From Tubulanus polymorphus (lineage: Eukaryota; Animalia; Nemertea), in the NCBI RefSeq assembly GCF_964204645.1, contig NC_134034.1, forward strand, positions 2,542,072 through 2,606,071: 64,000 nucleotides of DNA. The letters are read 5' to 3'. The notes beneath the pieces were generated by a model that was not told where the DNA came from, did not search any database, and worked only from the letters and a program-made list of their open reading frames with translations. Made by a program: the position numbers and the translations under genes. Shown piece after piece: positions 10,619-25,100 of the stretch (its first letter is position 1; each line of letters starts with the position of its first letter).

Positions 10619-13600
10619 TCAAGCTGTATCTTTGAGAGGAATTTTTCTCGGTTTGAGGGTGCCTAGTTTCTCGTCGTAGTTAACCAGATGACCACCCGTC
10701 AACTCGGCTGGGGTACTTTCTACTGCTACGTACGGCCCGCTGAAAGTCTGAAACGAAAAAATTCAGAGGAAACATCGTGAGACAAATCAATTCTACACAA
10801 ACATGATGGTCGAGATTTCCAAATAATATTAATACTCTCTATTGAGTTATAAAGTATTATAGTAGGATGAAATTGAAGCGTCTACCATGAAATTATGATT
10901 CAAGATTCGAAAACCAAAAAATTTTAAATTTCAAATTCTAGCTATGTATTTATGTGGTGAAAAATTTGTTCCTAAAATTTTGATGTCTCAAAATCCAAAA
11001 TTTTAAAAGCTTATCCCGAGATGTTTTCAAATGATATTTTTCCTAGTATGGATTTTTTTTCTCATTAAATCATCAAATTCTGCAATCACATTGTCTAGAT
11101 TACTTTTAAATATTCGAAGAGTTTCAAAAAATCTAAATCTTGTCAGAAAATTAATTTGACATAAATTCGCCTAATTCGGTTTAAAGAACGACAACATTGC
11201 TGCCGGCAGATGTGCTAGGTTCGAATCCGCGCGCTCAATACACAGTATTTCCTACCGTCGTCGCTAGGTGACAGCACTGTCCAGGGCGAACAGGAGGTGA
11301 GGGAGGCGTGGAGTATGATACAGGGTTCGCTGTTACGCTACAACACACCACATACCGGTACATATTAGCATATGCATCAAGGGGTCAAAATCTTCAAGAA
11401 ACTTAAGAAGCACTAACAATACTTCTTATTCACGAAATCATTCATTAAACAACCTTAAATTTTCTCAAATAGACAAGAAATTTTTTAGCAGCAATCCTGC
11501 CCATTTTCGAGTTGCCCATTGTAAGTAACTGTTTTACTTCGACCCATACTCAACTGCCAGGGCGTTGAAGTGATAATTATGACGGCAAAAGAACATACCG
11601 TTGTTTTGATGTTTGATAAATCCGTCGCGTGAAACGTATGCCTGAAAAAAAAATTTCAGAATAAATCAGATATCCCGTGTATATTGAAAACTTGAGATAG
11701 ATAAATAAACTATAGATAGATAGATAACTATTGCGCTTTAGCCCAAAAATGGGCGAGTCAATTTTTACAGCTTACTACCATAGTATATTTGGCGACAATG
11801 AATTGATACATGACTATCAACTATTTTTGCATTGCTTATCATTCAATAAAGGTTTGTCACCCAAAAACTGGGTTGCCCAATTTACCCAAAGTATTCACTA
11901 ACAATAAAGTTTGTTGACAAAAATGGGTTTCCCAATTTTTACCACTTCCCAATTATTGAATAGGTAAAAGACTTACTTTTCTTTATGTTTTGTTTCGATT
12001 CTCGAAGCTTCGATCGAGTGCTGCTGTCGTTGTTTGGCTATTTTCAACAATCCGTAGTTCGACGTGCGAGCGACGTAATCAGCGAAATCGGTCAACGCTT
12101 TCTCCGTCTGCCGGTAATTCTCTCGAATCTAAACGTGAGAAAAAAATAAGTAGAGGAAAAATTTGAAATTTAGAATAGAACATCCCCTCCCATCAGAGTA
12201 CTACTGTGGCAAGTGAGGATCGATCAGTTTTTGCTAATGAGTAGTAGGACATCAAATACTGCAGCAATAGAGGATTCCACTTGTGGCAAGTGAGGATCCA
12301 CCAGGTGTTGCTAGTGTGCAGTAGGACATCAACTTCTGCAGCAATGGGGGATTCCACTTGTGGCAAGTGAGGATCCACCAGGTGCCGATGCTGAAGGACA
12401 TCAACTACTACAGTACAATAGAGGATTCCACTTGTGGCAAGTGAAAATCCCCCAGGTGTCGCTAGTGTGCAGTAGGACATCAACTACTGTAGCTATAGAG
12501 GAATCCACTCGTGGCAGGTGAGGATTCACCAGGTGTCACTAGTGTGTAATAAAGACATCAACTACTGCTACAATAGGAGATTCAACTTGTGGCATTTTAT
12601 ATTCAAGGCAAGTTTGATAGATATTCCAATACAGGAGTTTAAAGATCCAGTTCAAAATTGAAAATAAACTTAATTTCGACTGTAGTTAAACCGACCGTTA
12701 GTCACGCCATCTGGTGGCGTCATACGTAGCTAGTGTTTACCTCGGCGTAGTGTTCCTGTTCGTCGAGTAGATCTTGTTGTTTTTGCGCCTCCAGTAATTC
12801 CCCTTGCGTTAACGCGCAGCCCTGAGCGCGTTCTTCGATCGCTCGTGTGATCGTTTCCAAACACTCCTGATCGGGGGTCACCGGTCGAACGCCTTCCATT
12901 TCTAACTCTTTGACGACCTCCGTCCAAACTTCTCCCAACTGAAATTTTTTTCAAAATACTACATGATGCAGTGTTTTCAATAAGAGCCAGGTCCCAGGTC
13001 CCAGACCTGTCTGTCATTTGTAAAGGACCTGCCTGTTTTTTCAAACGAGCTTTCGTTTCAGGGACTGTGACATATTATGGGACCCTCCTGTTTTTCAAAG
13101 GGACCTGGCTTGTTAATTTCTTATTGAAAACACTGCTACATGAAATATTACTTGTTTATGCTGCTTGTTATTAATGCTTTTGATGTTATCTATATTATGT
13201 TAATTTAATGCTTTTAATGTTATTAAAACTTTTATTCACTTTTCATGAATCACATATTGATAAAGAAATGCATGGGGGCCTGAGTTTCCAATGTTTTTTG
13301 CTAAATTTGTCGAATTCCTAGAATTTTCCCTTATTTTTTCCTTGATTTTTCTGATTCACTGAGAAGTAGTTTAGGTCAGTGGCCAGCCTGATTTTGTATC
13401 ATTTTAGCTACTACAATCCTTTTAAGAGATTTACTCAAAAATGAGTTAATATTTGACTCGCAGCCTTTGAACTGGGATCACTTACCTTGAAATCATAGTA
13501 ACGTTCAACAATTGATAACGTTATGTGATCATCCGTAGTCAGTCCAGGCAATTCAACAAAGCCTTAAATATGAAAAGTTTTTGATGAAAAGTATAAATAT

Positions 13601-16600
13601 GAAAAGTAAATTTTGTCCAAAAAAAAAACTTCCAAGAATGGCTTACTGGTAGTATAACAAGATTTGACCAAATATTTCACTTTACTAAAGATTACTATCT
13701 GTCGGGCGGAAATCGGTTTTCCAACTTCAGAGTCCAACCCACCAGGGATTTGCCATTTCCAAAAATGGGTTGGCAATGTCTTACTTACTTCATTAAGTTT
13801 GAAAACCCGAAAAAGACTCAAATAAAGACTATATATTAACGAAAGTCTGTCACCCAAAATTATTTACCAACTATAATATTTGTAACCCAAAAAGGCTGCC
13901 TGAATTTTACGTTTAACTCAGTACAAGAATTCACACCTACCTAGTTTCGTAAATAGTGAATATATTTTCGCGCGAAGATTCTCCGACACGTCGACTATGG
14001 AATGACTCGGACAGGTCGAGGGCAGCGGTATGATACCCATCTCGGCTTGTAGAGCACCGACGAGCGGGTTGCTGAAATCTGTGAGACGAAAATAATGTAA
14101 CAATGCAAGCTACAACAGATTTCAGGCATAGATTCAATAGGGAAGATAGCATTTAGAAAGTCAACATCGGAAAAGGTTTGGTATTGATCTAGTTCGTTGC
14201 AATGATCAAAATTCTGGCTCAGCGTATGACTTAGTTTCATAATGGCCCTTTTTAAGTGAGACCCACTTCTTGACCCACTTCTTCACAAACAGTTCTGACA
14301 AAATGTTTGACTAACATTTAAACTACCCCGTGTTAAAAATGAAATACCATCGAAGAAAAAGGTAAAAAGTTTATCAAACAATAGACTTACAATCAAATGA
14401 CAGAAATTTATAATTTGTTTCTCCTATCTAATATAGTTGTTTTGTGAATTTGCCTTGATAAACTTTTCTTCCTATTTCATTGAATAATTAATTTCATAGA
14501 AAATAGAAATCAAATGATGAAACATGATAAACGTATAATCATTTAACCATCTACAAGCATTAGAATTCGATTGCAATCAAATTTGGTGTACAGTAGAGTA
14601 CGCATAAGTGGTGGATTTCAGTACTAAGGGTATTGGTGAATTACAGTTCTAAGGGTATTCAAGGATTTGTGTTTTTATCTACGGTATCTTATAATCTATT
14701 CACATTATTTTCGCGGTAATTTTGTGCGATGATTTCTAACTCGTTTCTTCGATCTTGTGTAGACCTAACATTTACAGAATGAACGTAAGCCAGGATAAAA
14801 TTCAGTTCGGCGTGCTATAATACTAAACGACTGCAAAATCGTGTGCGCTTCGATAGGATAGAAAAATGCGAAATTGTATTCTACCATCTCCTTGATGGGC
14901 GAAGTATCCAGATTCTTTGATGAACACTTGAAAAAAATCATTTCGTCGTTTTCAATTTGACATAGATTATTTTCATGCTCATGAACGAGTAGTTCTTTTT
15001 GAACGACGCAAAATTTCTTTTTTACGATCAGTACCTGCTATGGCGCCGGACTCCTCACGAGGGACTCCCATTTCGCGTTCTTCCTCGCGCCACAATTCGC
15101 ACATCAAATGCGCGGCAGACTTGTCACCTTGACCTCTCCACGTGTTTATATGCGGCAGACATTTCGGGTTCTCCGTCAAATCCAGTAAACATCCCAGAAT
15201 CAAGTTATGCATACTTTTCGGACAAGTCTGCGAAAAAGGAGATAAGAATGTAAATTTTTCAAACCGTTAAAAACAGGACCGAGTTCTACAGTTATTAGAT
15301 TAACACATTCACTCCTGGCTACAAGGACACTTGTAGTTCCAGTTCCATCATCATTGCCACAACGAGCTTTCTCATAGTTCCAGTTCCATCATCATTGCCG
15401 CTATGAGATATCTCATAGTTCCAGTTCCATCATCATTGCCGCTATGAGATATCTCATAGTTCCAGTTCAGCCATCATTGCCACTATGAAATATCTCATAG
15501 TTCCGGTTCAGTGATCATTGCCACTATGAGATATCTCGTAGTTCCAGTTCAGCCATCATTGCCACTATGAGATATCTCATAGTTCCGGTTCAGTGATCAT
15601 TGCCACTATGAGATATCTCGTAGTTCCAGTTCAGCCATCATTGCCACTATGAGATATCTCATAGTTCCGGTTCAGCGATCATTGCCGCTATGAGATATCT
15701 CGTAGTTCCAGTTCAGCCATCATTGCCACTATGAGATATCTCATAGTTCCGGTTCAGCGATCATTGCCGCTATGAGATATCTCATAGTTCCAGTTCAGCC
15801 ATCATTGCCACTATGAGATATCTCATAGTTCCGGTTCAGCGATCATTGCCGCTATGAGATATCTCATAGTTCCAGTTCAGCCATCATTGCCACTATGAGA
15901 TATCTCATAGTTCCGGTTCAGCGATCATTGCCGCTATGAGATATCTCATAGTTCCAGTTCAGCCATCATTGCCACTATGAGATATCTCATAGTTCCGGTT
16001 CAGCCATCATTTCCACTACGAGTTATCTCATAGTTCTGGTTCTGCCATCATTGCCACTACGAGTTATCTCATAGTTCTGGTTCTGCCACTATGAGATATC
16101 TTGCAGTTCCTTCACCATTATAATTAAAAGTTTCTATCTCGTAGTTCTGATTCTTCTTATTCACGGTTCGATATTTGCCAGTTGCTCAAAAGTTGGTTAG
16201 AGTTAACCAGTGTCAGTTCATTGTTACTACAGTATTTATCAACAGGTCATCTTTAACCAACTTTTGAGCAACTGGCCCCTGGACCCAGTTCCACAGTCGT
16301 GAGTTAACTCTGAGTTAAAGTTTGTTCATTTTCAATGAGTTAACTCTTGAGTTAAATCTTAACTCAGAACTGTGGAACTGGACCCAGAACTGTAGAACCT
16401 GATCATAGGCGTCCCCAAGGGGGGTGCGGGGGTAGCGGACGGACCCCCTTTTCGAGATTACTTCTCAAGTTACTATGTAATGTTCAAGATTTTTCTTGCC
16501 AATTTGACTAGTCTTTTACCTCTAAATGATTCATTGAGAGCCTGGGAAACGTCTTTAAAGCCTCCAATTTTTAAAAAGTTTTTTGGGGGAGGCCCACCAA

Positions 16601-19600
16601 ACACCAGACATTGTGCTTGGATGCTGGATTGATGCTAATTCGAACCCCCCTAAGAAAATTCCTGGGGACGCCTATGCTGATCGGATCAGAGTTTGCATTT
16701 TATCTTCGATTCACGTGTTAGTTTTCAATTTTCGATTTACCTCGAGCAGATCGAGCAGCAGAAATACGCCTTCCGTCTCGAGAAAGATATCCTCGGTCGA
16801 GTAACAGCCGACGACGGCGCACCAGATGGCGTCGACGGTCGACAGCATCAGTCGGTGGTGACCAAGTCCGCTGCTGATCTTGCGCGGGTTCATTTTCATG
16901 TAACCGGTCAAAACTTCCACGCCCTCGCGACCGAATAGTTCCTAAACGAGAATGTAAAATAAAAAGATCATAATCACAAAAATCATAATTAATTACTAAT
17001 TCTCAAGGACTTCATCGATTTAGAACCATGACTACAATTACTCGCTGATAATATATGCAATGAGGTTAAGGATTCAGTAGAATAATTATCGTATACAACT
17101 TAGGGATCGCTCATTTATTATGTTCGCATAAAATTTGACTTTTCAACCCCCTCTGTACGCAAATTGTCGGCCATTTTTTTCATATACATTAAGCATTACA
17201 GTACGCATATGAACTTACCCCTCCCCATACCCTAAAGCGTACGTAATAAATCAATGATCCCTTACCCGTCTGTGCATGTCGCCTTCGCATAGATTCGACA
17301 ATATGAATAGCATATCGCACTGCATTTCAACATCGATAGCGTCGTCATCTTCGTCCGATTTACAAACATTACTCAATATTCCTACAATCGATTCAAACAG
17401 CAGAAATAAACACTTTTAATTCCACAAAAGAATTCAACGCGTTCGCTACCTACTACAAGATATCTCATAGTTCCAGTTGAGTCACCATTGCCACTATGAG
17501 ATATCTCATAGTTCCAGTTCAGCCATCATTGCCACTATGAGATATCTCATAGTTCCAGTTCAGCCATCATTGCCACTATAAGATATCTCATAGTTCCAGT
17601 TGAGTCACCATTGCCACTATGAGATATCTCGTAGTTCCAGTTCACTCATCATTGCCACTATGAGATATCTCATAGTTCCAGTTCAGCCATCATTGTCACT
17701 ATGAGATAACTCATAGTTCCAGTTCAGCCATCATTGTCACTATGAGATATCTCATAGTTCCAGTTCAGCCATCATTGCCACTCTCTGAGATATCTCATAG
17801 TTCCAGTTCAGCCATCATTGCCACTATGAGATATCTCATAGTTCCAGTTCAGCCATCATTGCCACTATGAGATATCTCATAGTTCTGGTTCTGCCCTCAT
17901 TGCTAATACAAGATATCTCACTATTTCAGTTCAGCCATCATTGCCACTATGAGATATCTCATAGTTCCAGTTCAGCCATCATTGCCACTATGAGATATCT
18001 CATAGTTCTGGTTCTGCCCTCATTGCTAATACAAGATATCTCACTATTTCAGTTCAGCCGTCATTGCCACTAGTTGAAATTTTATCGTAAAACTCGAACC
18101 AGGGCCCACCTACGCGAACGTATAGATTCTCATTGTATTCCTACCTGTGATCTGATTGATGGCGCCTTGATCGACGAGATCCTGAATAATCACTTCCTCC
18201 CCGGTCGAAATTATACTGCGTAGCAACCGTAAACAATGCCTCATCTGCGCTCGTTTGTTGCCGCGGCCACCGACTGCGTGGAAACTGTTACCATGACCGC
18301 CGTAATCCTCTGAAAATCAGACGAAAAATATCGTATAACGATTTTTAACTTTACGTCAGTTTTATTTTATGTCAATTATGATTTCATTTCATGGAAAAGT
18401 TCATTTGATTCAATTGAAATGTAGATGAAACTGAAGCCTGGGAAACTGAGTAACTACTAGCAACACCAGGTGGATTTTCACTTGTTACAAGTGGAATCCT
18501 CTATTGCCGCAGTAGTGTCCTAGTGCGCACTAGTGACACCTGGTGGATCCTCACTTGCCACAACTGGAATCCTCTATTGACGCAGTAGTCAATGTCCTAG
18601 TGCACACTAGTGACGCCTGGTGGATCCCCACTTGCCACAAGTGGAATCCTCTATTGCCGCAGCAGTCGATGTCCTACTGTACACTAGCGACACCTGGTGG
18701 ATCCTCACTTGCCACAAGTGGAATCCTCTATTGACGCAGTAGTCAATGTCCTAGTGCACACTAGCGACATCTGGTAGATCCTCACTTGCCACAAGTGGAA
18801 TCCTCTATTGCCGCAGTAGTGTCCTAGTGCGCACTAGTGACACCTGGTGGATCCTCACTTGCCACAAGTGGAATCCTCTATTGACGCAGTAGTCAATGTC
18901 CTAGTGCACACTAGCGACATCTGGTAGATCCTCACTTGCCACAAGTGGAATCCTCTATTGACGCAGTAGTCGATGTCCTAGTGCACACTAGTGACACCTG
19001 GTGGATCCTCACTTGCCACAAGTGGAATCCTCTATTGACGCAGTAGTCAATGTCCTAGTGCACACTAGCGACATCTGGTAGATCCTCACTTGCCACAAGT
19101 GGAATCCTCTATTGACGCAGTAGTGTCCTAGTGCACACTAGTGACACCTGGTGGATCCTCACTTGCCACAAGTGGAATCCTCTATTGACGCAGTAGTCGA
19201 TGTCCTAGTGCACACTAGTGACACCTGGTGGATCCTCACTTGCCACAAGTGGAATCCTCTATTGACGCAGTAGTCGATGTCCTAGTGCACACTAGTGACG
19301 CCTGGTGGATCCCCACTTGCCACGAGTGAAATCCTCTATTGCCACAGTAGTCGATGTCCTAGTGCACACTAGTGACACCTCACTTGCCACAAGTGGAATC
19401 CTCTATTGCCGCAGTAGTTTATGTCCTACTGCACACTAGTGACACCTGGTTGATCCCCACTCAGTAAATCAAATAAATCTCTACATACCCGTTCCGACGC
19501 ACCATTCGAGCAGCAACAGCAGCCGAGTGCTGCCTTGACAAGTCATATAATCATCGATCATCAGCGGACACAGCGTGCACAGAGCGGCCATAGCGTGAAG

Positions 19601-22068
19601 CTGTATCTCCTCGAATTGAGCGGCCGTGTAATCGGACGGCGACGTCGTGTTCTCGTTCTCGCGCACGTATCCGAACAACGCCAACAATACCCGGCCTTCC
19701 GATAGAATCTACGCACAGACGGAGAGAGAAAATAAATCAATACTCATTTTAATAGTTCTATACACAAAAATGCTCTATGATCGCTACTGGCGGTAATTCT
19801 ACGATGGCCGCCCCCATAAAACCACCTACGACATCATCAAATCACCCCTACAGACACTAGAAAGATGGCTGCCTCCATAAATCCCCCTATTACATCATCA
19901 AATTACTCCAATAGACACTAGAAACATGTCTACCCCCATAAATCCCCCTATGACATCATCAAATTACTCCTACAGACACTAGAAAGATGGCTGCCTCCAT
20001 AAATCCCCCTTTGACATCATCAAATTACTCCTATAGACACTAGAAACATGTTTACCCCCATAAATCCCCCTATGACATCATCAAATTATTCCTATAGACA
20101 CTAGTGACATGTGTGCCTCCTATTACATCATCAAATGATCCATTAGTGATTTGATCTATCATAGATCCAATCAGAAAAGGTGACTGCCTCCATAAATCCC
20201 CTAATGACATCATCGAATTAAGTGAAAACTTACCGGAACTGCGGCCGTGTTTCTACTCAGTAAAACTAGAATATTGATGAGCAACTTTTTAAATTCGAAA
20301 TCTTCGTGACCGGTTCCGAGACGTAAATGGCGCACCAGCGCGTGATGACTCTTTACTGCAATCAAAAACAAACGCACGATAAAGTTTTTTATCAATCGAA
20401 GCTGCTGGTTTAGAGAAAGGATCACGAAATCTAAAGCACAACCGTCGAAATGGCGCCGCAGAAATCGCTTCTATAAATTTGCACTCAAAACGAACCTTCT
20501 TGAAACGTGGCCAATAAAACGAACATTTTAACGAATCCCGTCTCGACGAACGGAGCGTCCGGTTGATCGGCGATCAATAACGACGTGATCACTAATAGAT
20601 CGTTGCGTAATTGTCGATCGTAATGACTGTATCCCTGCGTAACTTGCTGCACGAACGCTTCCTGTAGCTGTCTGTAATCAATCAATTTATCAATTATCAG
20701 GGATGAAAACGGCCAATATTGAAAAATTTATCAGTTATTGTCTTATTTTCATCAAGCAGTTATTTGCATGTCAATCAGTAAATTGCATGTGTCTAATTGG
20801 TTGTGACATCCATACATTATTGCATATTGCATGTTGCCAGCGCATGTGACATCCAAACATTGCATGTAACATGTGCATGTCACATGCACTAATGTGTCAC
20901 ATGTTAAAAAGTATTCCATGCATTACATTTTACCCATACATTGCGTGAGACATGCACATGTAATATTTCATGTGACATGCAGTTTAACAAGTCACATGTA
21001 ATATTATTGCTTGACTACTGACTGCATTACATGTTACCCATACATTGCATGAGACATGTACATGTTACATGTAGTATTACATGTTACATGTAGTATTACA
21101 TGTTACATGTAGTATCATATGTCACATGAAGTATACATGTCACATGTAATATTATTGCTTGACTACTCACTGCATTACATGTTACCCATACATTGCACGA
21201 GACATGTACATGTTACATGTAGTATTACATGTTATATGTAGTAACATATGTCACATGTAGTACATGTCACATGCACTTTAACAAGTCACATTACGGCTCG
21301 ACTACTCACTTGATACAGACGATATTGCCGAGTTGTCCGGATACTTGTGATTTGTCGCCGTTCTCGAGAAGATTCCACAAAATATCGACAGATCTGAACA
21401 AACATTGTCCGCTGGGATCATTCTCATTCAACGCCGTACACAACCGTTCGGCAGCCTGAGCCAATAACATCTGATTACACGTGAACTCTACACATACAGA
21501 AATACGATCATCTCAGAAACTTCCCTTTCAATTCCATGAAATTGTTTAATAATGTGGCCTCAAAATTGTCTGAATATCTGTAGAGGAGGCAAGCCCAGGG
21601 TCCAGTCTCATGAAAAGGGTTAAAGCTTAACCCCACAGTGCGGTGTATAAATCAGTGATAGATTTTGCTAGTACACCGCACTGCGGTGTATTGATGTAAT
21701 CAGTAATTAGTTTTTGTCTTTATTCAAAAACGGCAGCACCCGTCAGACAAATACTAATAACTAGCGATACACCGCGCGGCGGTGTAGACACACTATAGTG
21801 GTATTCCCGTTATTAAACACACTAGGGTGATTTTTTAGAAATGTTTAAATTATCTCTAGCACTATAGGGTATAAACTAGTCAGCACTGAAAGGGTTAAAA
21901 TGGTTCAGTTTAAATTGTTGTCCTCCTCATTGAAAACATGAAGTATCCAACAGCCTGAAACTTCTGGTATAAAATTTTCACAAAAGTGGGCCCCGATTCG
22001 AAATAGAAACTCCACTTGCTGCTTAGATTAAAAACCACCTTGTCATATTAATAATAATAATAATAATC

Positions 22069-22105
<37 letters not shown>

Positions 22106-25100
22106 GGATTAAGGAAAACCAAAGGATAAACGATCTGAAATGATTATTTAGGGTTCATACTTCTTTTGTTTTGTCGAAAAAACTCACCGGAATCTTTCGA
22201 GAAATGTTGTAGCACGTTTAAAACTGCTCGACGAACTTCCAGGTCGGATTCCAATAGCGATAACGACTGAAAATTTGTTGAAACAAAAATAAGATCGGAA
22301 ACCATCATCTGGGTCATGAATTTCTGCACCGTTGTCAGGCGCGGATCCAGGACGAAATTTTAGGGGTAGCACAAAATCAAAAGGGCAGGCAATATTTTAA
22401 AAGGGCACTATCCCCTTCAGATGCAATTTCCAAGCACTTGGAATTCTTTCCTCCAAATAAAAACATAGTAATAATTTACGGGGGCACTTAGAAAAGCTAG
22501 AGGGTAGCACGTGCCCCGTGGGCTACCCCCCCTAGATCCGCGCCTGGTTGTTAAACTCTAGATTCTAGGTCAACTCGGTAATGAACTCACTTTAACGAGC
22601 GTTTCCGACACGTTGCTTTTCTCGACAATTTTTTGGTTGTACGATTTCCCTGTCGCTTGATGCTCTAAAAACCCAGATAAAAACAGTATCCATCTTAAAC
22701 CTTTCACCGATTCTACACTGTGGTGCGGTGTATAAATCACTGGATGGACTTTGCTAGTACACCGCACATCGCTAGTGTATCCATGTTATTAGTAATTAGT
22801 TCGTATCTTTTATGAAGGATGGCAGCTATGTCAAAAATGGCAAAATAGTTAAATATTATTAGTAACTTACTAACAATACACTGCACCGCGGTGTACAAAT
22901 TTTCAAATTATCTCCAGCACCGACGGGTATCAATTAGTCAGCACAGAATGGGTTTAAATTCTGGCATATTTTATTTTCATTATGATAACATGCACGTGTA
23001 ATACGTATAGTATAGGGCGGAATTAGAACTTACTTTGAATATTCTGTCCCGTCGGTTCCTCGCAATAAAAACTGACGAGCGTTGAACATATTTGCAGACG
23101 GACTTCTTTACTCGGTACTCGCATCAGATAACCTTCAAAACGCAATCAGAAAGTCGACATTTGTTATCTATCGAGGGAGGACATTTTTCGATCGAAAACT
23201 CTTGTGAAAACCTTTTAAGTTTCTGACTAAATTCTGTCATTTGGAATAACGCCTTTTAGTGATGCAATTTACATCTTAGAAATGTCTCTCTAAGAAATCA
23301 ATTCAACTCAGAAACCTAACTCCAACTTTTTTTTTTAGAGAGATCAATGCCATTTCTGAAAGCATCTAGGAGTTTCCACTTAAGGAACTTAAGATTATGC
23401 CGAAATAAACTAGTGCAAGTTGTAACTGAAATTGGTTGGGCAGCTAATTTTTGCTCATCTTATTATTATTAGCACACTTTCAAAAAACTGATCTCAGAGG
23501 GGATGTAGATTGATACCGCATTCATTCGGAACCACAGATATCTTGACATTTGCATTGATACAATTATACACGCACCTAATTGCGAAATCGACTCTATCGC
23601 AATTTGCTCGTACGACAGTTCGTCCGACGTTTTCTCTTTCAGAAGCGGCAGACCGCAGATTTTCAATAGATCGCACATCGACTCGATGTAGAGGGGTTGA
23701 TCTTCGGCGCGGTCGGCGCAGATATTCAGAATACGGAAAATCTGTACGAGATCTTTCATCAGCTGAACGAACGACACGCGGTTAAGGAATGTTTCGAATA
23801 CGAAGGCGCCGCATATAAACAAATGGGCTCGAGAATTACAAGGATTTCGAAGAGTAAAAAGGCAGGGTTCCTACGGATCAGTCGTTCCTAGATATAAGGA
23901 GTAGGATTTCCAAGAGTAAAAAGACAGGGTTCCTACAGATCAGTCGTTCCTAGATATAAGGAGTAGGATTTCGAAGAGTAAAAAGGCAGGGTTCCTACAG
24001 ATCAGTCATTCCTAGATATAAGGAGTTTTCTAAACTTAAATTCAGTAACGCCTCATACGGTAAAAAATAAAAACTCCAGGTCCAAATTTTATCGATTTTA
24101 AGGGGTAGCCTACTGGGCCCAGTTCCGCAGTTGCTAGTTAGAGTTAAAATTAGTTCATCTTCAATGAATGAACAGTTCAATCATTGAAAATGAACTAATT
24201 TAAATCTTTTAATCTAAATCTTATTTGAATTGAAAATTTAATTCAATCAATTCGATTTGACTCCTGAACTGACAATAACTGTAGAACTGGGGCCCGTACA
24301 ACTGCAAACTAGGCAAACATTTTTTATTGCCTATTTCACAAAATTGAAGGACTTTAATAGGAGTCCAGGACTCAGTTCCACAGTTCTGAGTTAAGATTTG
24401 ACTCGGAGTTAATTCATTGAAAATCAACTAATTTTAACTCAGAGTTAACTCAAACTCACAACTGTGGAACTGGATCCTGGGGATTTTGTTCAAATGAAAG
24501 GAGTTTCAAGCACCATTTTTAAAGCATTTTCCGTTTCAAAAGAGTTTTAACCAGTCAGTGAGTCATAGGGTTCCTGAAAGAGTTCAATCGAAGGAACAAA
24601 GCATTCTTTTTTTTTGTTGAAAAAGATACAAATCCAGTGTTGTAATGTTTGCCGAGTTTCTTCATGGCGCAAACATGTCGATCGTACATCATTGACTGAA
24701 ATAGAAAAAATTCAGATGAAAAGATCAGACAAGATTCCCGACCCAAGCCATAAACGCCGCTTCAATTCCCTGATCTTCAAATTTACGAAATTGAAATTAC
24801 AAATAGGTTTGCTGATAAAAAGTCTGAAATAAAGTAGAAAATTGTGTAAGGATTAAGGCGAGATTAAGCTAGATAGCAGCTATCTATGACTATAGTATGT
24901 AGTGTTAAAACGGTGAGAAATAAACAAGAATCCTAGGCCTAGGCCTCGCATGTCATCTTGGTAAATTGTCTCATCTCAGTAGGCTAAAGCCGAGCGTAGG
25001 CCGACCTTGCGATGCGATCGTCGCATTGCGTCACAAGTGGGGGCGTAAGTTGGTTGCGACGCGATTTCCAGCGACTGTGTGCGACTAGTTGCTCCCAGTC

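Noticed and set aside
15335-19465. CRISPR-like appearance of regular palindromic repeats
   Set aside because: The units are contiguous with no unique spacers, there are no cas genes, and the context is a eukaryotic intron.
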